37,138 nt of DNA from Catajapyx aquilonaris (taxonomy: Eukaryota): the NCBI GenBank assembly GCA_000934665.2, contig KZ538993.1, positions 1 to 37,138 of the forward strand, in the 5' to 3' direction. This document shows, in pieces, positions 33,150 to 37,138 of this stretch. Both the position numbers and the translations under genes were made by a program. Position 1 is the first letter of the stretch. Each line of letters opens with the position of its first letter. Below the pieces are notes generated by a model that was not told the DNA's origin, searched no databases, and saw only the letters and a program-made list of their open reading frames with translations.

Positions 33150-33487
33150 CCTAATATAGTGTGAAGTTTTGAGTAATAAGACAGTGATTACCTAAGCTAT
33201 AACCAAACCTACGTTGACTATAAAAGAGTGAGAGTTATGTATATGTAAGGTTATTCAGTATAGTTAACTTAGCCTCATCCACATCTACCACGTCTCACTC
33301 TCCACCTATCTTTTCTTCTCGCTCAGCTGCCCAGTCCCCAGTGTATCAAGACTGCACGAAAAATTGAGCACCAGTCTTGACTGTCGTATGGCTAATTCGT
33401 AAATCGACTTCTAAGAATTTCTGCCGAGGAGGATATAAGGTACAGAGAGCCGTTGCAGGCCATTTAAGAGGTACAAGTGAGCCTTAA

Positions 33488-34549
33488 AGGGACACTCCAC
33501 TCAAAATACAAGTTGGGTTCTAAAAATCGGGCAAAAAATCCTGATTCCGAGGGTATAATCAGCAGTTTTTCTTAGAGACGAACGGTAAGGCCAGTGTGAA
33601 AGCTGGAAGTGTGTCGTTCGAAAACCGCGCGCGGGGCAGGTGGGCGCAGGTGGCGACGCCACCAGAGTGGAACCGGGCGGAACTAGACCATGCTCGCCTG
33701 GCGCGGCATGGTGTTTACTGAGCACACTATACTTCTCCAGTTTGCCGCGGGATGGTGTTGTATCGCCCTTCTTAGCCAGTGAACTGTATATTGGAACTGG
33801 AACACGGACTGGCGGCCGAAAAATGTGTCCTGAGATCGCCTGGTTCCTCCTGGAGATGTGATCAAGAAGCTCCCTGGCGGAAAGGGCTTCGCGTGGCCCT
33901 GGGAGTCGGGGCGGAATTGTGTTTTCGTTCAGATTTAGTGTTAATTTTGATATGGTTGTGGGGAGTTGTTAAGCATGGTCAGAAGTTAAAAATTCAACTT
34001 GTCGCCATTTTTATCCTCACATATTACGGCCGCCATCTTGGCAAATGGCGGCGAAAAAACCCGGTTTTTCTGTTTCATCTTTTTAACCGTTCATTTTATG
34101 AAATTTTATATCGAATGAAACATAAGGAGAATTAAATTCCGCGTCAAAGAGGACTCGATCAATATTTTGATAACTGTAACTGTTTAGCCACAATCGTGCG
34201 GACAAAAGTCCGCTTATTGCGCTCTTTTGAATTACAAGAGAATTTAGCGTTGAGCCGCGAGTAGGCCGCCATCTTGATTGCGACTGCCCTCTCCTGGAGA
34301 GGTGATCACAGCGGATTAGAGCAGGACACAGTTTTTGCGCCATCTATCAATGGGAGTCCGCGTTCCAGTTCCAATATACAGTTCACTGTTCTTATCAGAC
34401 GACGCGAGACGACGTGTGTAGATATATGATTTTCCGTGTTACCGTTGGGCGTAGAAAAAAAAACAACGATTGCACCGATTGCACATTCGGAATCAGGATT
34501 TCTTGCCCGATTTTTGGGGGCCAACTTGTATTTTGAGTGGAGTGTCCCT
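33488..34549. mobile_element. Kolobok-type non-autonomous element, 1062 bp
   Basis: ttaa|agggacactccactcaaaatacaagttgg ... ccaacttgtattttgagtggagtgtccct|ttaa; further internal inverted matches (agtgaactgtatattggaactggaac). Confidence 0.85.
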
Positions 34550-36450
34550 TTAAGAGGTAGAACTCGGCTTTAAGAGGTACGAAGAATCCAGCTGTGCACC
34601 TTATAAACATTTTGTGCTGTTAGTCGGCGGCCATATTTACCGGATTTCCCGCCTAAATAGGCCTAGGACGGCTTAGGAACAGTATACTCCCTTCCCTCCC
34701 TCGCCCCCCTCCCTCCCTCTCTCCCCTCCCTCGGAAGTGTCATGGCGGCTCACCGTAGCCGACTTTTTCTCTCTCTCCCCGGGTCGGCCCTATAGTACGC
34801 AGTCCAGCCACTTTTTCGGGGAACAGTTCGTGCCTGTGTGGGGCGGCTGCCTGCCTGTGCCTCGGGGGCTACTACGGGCATGCCCCGCTACGTTATCAGA
34901 GCAAGTGCCAGACGCTTCGAAGCCCGTTCGAACAGAGACACAATGTCGACCAGTCATAGGAGCCGGTGCTTCACGGGTGTGAAGTACCACACCGCACCGA
35001 CAGCATATGAGGTGTGCGCCTGCTACAGCTGCAAGCACCCATCCCGCCGTACCAGTCCTGTCTGTATGTGCTGCAGACCTACTATAGTACTGGTATGTAC
35101 TGGTAGTACTGGTATGTGATTGGTGTTCTAGTTAGCTGGTTTTCATGCTGGCCATTGTGCCACAACTACCCTAATGTGCCATATCAAGAGCTAATGGCCA
35201 TGTATACCACATTCCTGATGCTCAGCTCCCTCTTGTTTCTGTGTCCAGCTATTTGCTGCAGCTGGCCTTATGGCGACCGAAGGACTTCCTGTCTACCATT
35301 GTGTGCTGCCCCCGATGCTGGTCACCGTTCAGGTTGCAGGCAGTGATTTGTCTGCTGCTGAAGGTTATTCATCATCACTTCTGTATCTGCACGCTGCAGG
35401 TGATTGTGCTACCATAATATGGTAATATGGTGAAATATAATTGAAAGTGTTGAGAGACCTGCATAATTATGATCAAGATGCACGGCAGTGCATCCCGCCA
35501 AGTCTAAGCCACTTCCACCGCCACTGACCCGGACTAGCCCCTTCTCTCCACCGCTCTCTCTACTCTCTATCTCTCCACTCGCTGCCGTGCATCCTTTACT
35601 GGAGCTCACTCGCTCTCTACATTTCGGCATTTTCTAGTTCGGGACAGGAAAGTGCTGCAAGTCTTAAATTTTAATAAGACAATGAGGCACACACAGGGAC
35701 CCTAGAAATAAATTTTCGTGAAATTTGGACCACTAGGTCCACACCAGGAGAGGGCCCAAATTTTGTACAAAAATTGGTCCTTATTGTCTGAAACCGCAAG
35801 GAAAAGTCCGAAACTGGTGAGTCCGAGTGAGGCCTCCTGTCAAGATGGACTTTTGACCTCCCAAGAGGCTAAAGAAGGGGAGATGTTGTGATGTTGTATG
35901 GTCACCATGGTACATGGTTTCCATAGTACCAATGTATTGACATTGTTGCATAGAGAATTCTAGAGGCTAGACGTCTTTCTCTCACTCCTTGTGTTCTAAA
36001 CCCATAACCCAAAAGGGATTCATCTCAATCTCTCCGTCAAACTTGCTTTCACATTTGTCGGTTAGGCTTGACTGCACTTTAGTCNNNNNCCCCCCCCCCT
36101 TTCCAATATCGCAGGTTTCTATACATTTCCTGAAGCTCCTCCATGGGCTGAGTCGAATGACACTATTCCTTGGGTGGAGAAACGTTTCGTTAAAGAGTAA
36201 TTGAATTATGAAATTGCAAGTAATTAACAATGAATTAATGAAAATAAGCAAGTGTTCCATTGTTGAAACTGTGTACTCCTTTTGGAGGGTTTGGGTATTC
36301 CCCATGGTAACGTGAGGGTTGCCACGGAAGCGTGTTGGGAGGTCACCTGAAACACGATAATAATAAGCAGTTGTGTTCTTGCTGGTTAATTTGAGACAGG
36401 GGAATAAGGGTAGCAGCAGGCGCTCCATTCAAAATCATTCGGTAGCATTC

Positions 36451-37058
36451 ATGGCGGTGCCTATCTGGAATCGAGCAAATCTTCCACGAACTAAGGAGGA
36501 AGGTGTCTCTTGGGCCACAGCCCAAGGCCTCTTGCCCGCAAACAAGTGCTGCCGCAAAAAGCACCAGATGAGCATTGATTACTCGAGAAATGGAATAGGG
36601 GCATTCAGATGCCGTAAGTCCACCTGAAGGACTGAAGTTAGCATCGCCATGAATACATGGTTCGAAAACGTCCATCTGGAGCCTCAGGTCACCATAAGGT
36701 AATTAAGTTAACATTCGTTCAGAATTACAGTAACAATTTCTAATTTCCTTTTCTTACGCTGTTATCATTTATTAGTGTGTGCTATGGATTTTCCCATGGG
36801 GAAAGTTATGATCGTGTGCTTCACAAGAGCCGATTCATTGATGCCACTGGGGTACCGGAGGCTCATAAACGCAGTACACACACTATCTGCGATTTTTATA
36901 GCTTTTGTAGAGAGCTCATAGTGCAGGACTATCTGGATCAACAAGACGTAAGGGGACATATAGGAGGTAACAACGTCATTGTTCATATAGATGAAGCCAA
37001 GTTTGGCAAAAGGAAACACAACTCAGGAAGAAAAGTGGAAGCCCTTACCGAAATTTAA
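36451..37058 (+). pseudogene. Merlin (IS1595/ISXO2-like) transposase pseudogene with one intron, 3'-truncated
   Basis: Exons 36451-36698 (internal TGA at 36625-36627) and 36776-~37040; Zn-ribbon-like region, SIAMNTWFE, DFYSFCRE, and IGGNNVIVHIDEAKFGKRKHNSGR, the first catalytic-Asp motif of ISXO2-like transposases. Confidence 0.85.
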
Positions 37059-37138
37059 CCTAGCCGCGAGCTTGCCGCTAGGTCGCCAGAAGCTGGCGAG
37101 CTCGCCTCAGGATAGCCGCCACGTCGCGGGACCTCGCG

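Overview
Eukaryotic genomic DNA, most likely an insect or other pancrustacean (GT-AG introns, tRNA-derived SINEs, interstitial TTAGG array). It is not prokaryotic, and I see no CRISPR array, rRNA or true tRNA. Three host genes are recognisable. (1) SNW1/SKIP/Bx42: + strand, 4 coding exons at 2548-9651, 541 aa. (2) A eukaryote-type prolyl-tRNA synthetase with one N-terminal WHEP domain and no GluRS half: + strand, 15449-20568, 605 aa, with a candidate upstream exon adding an in-frame 33-aa leader. (3) An intronless CRIPT CDS: - strand, 24984-25262, with a +1 frameshift in its tail, next to a decayed tandem copy of its own 3' end. Most of the rest is transposon-derived: about 20 fold-back/MITE elements (piggyBac-, Tc1/mariner-, pogo-, hAT-, Kolobok- and Chapaev3-like ends), three tRNA-SINE families with TSDs, a LINE fragment, a 214-bp RTE-derived retroposon, and an intron-containing Merlin/ISXO2-like transposase pseudogene. 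The best leads are the stand-alone, possibly dual-targeted WHEP-ProRS, the conserved and apparently pseudoknotted RTE 5' RNA present both as a mini-retroposon and inside a mariner MITE, and the CRIPT tail rearrangement. All splice models and TE superfamily calls were made by eye, without expression data or database searches.
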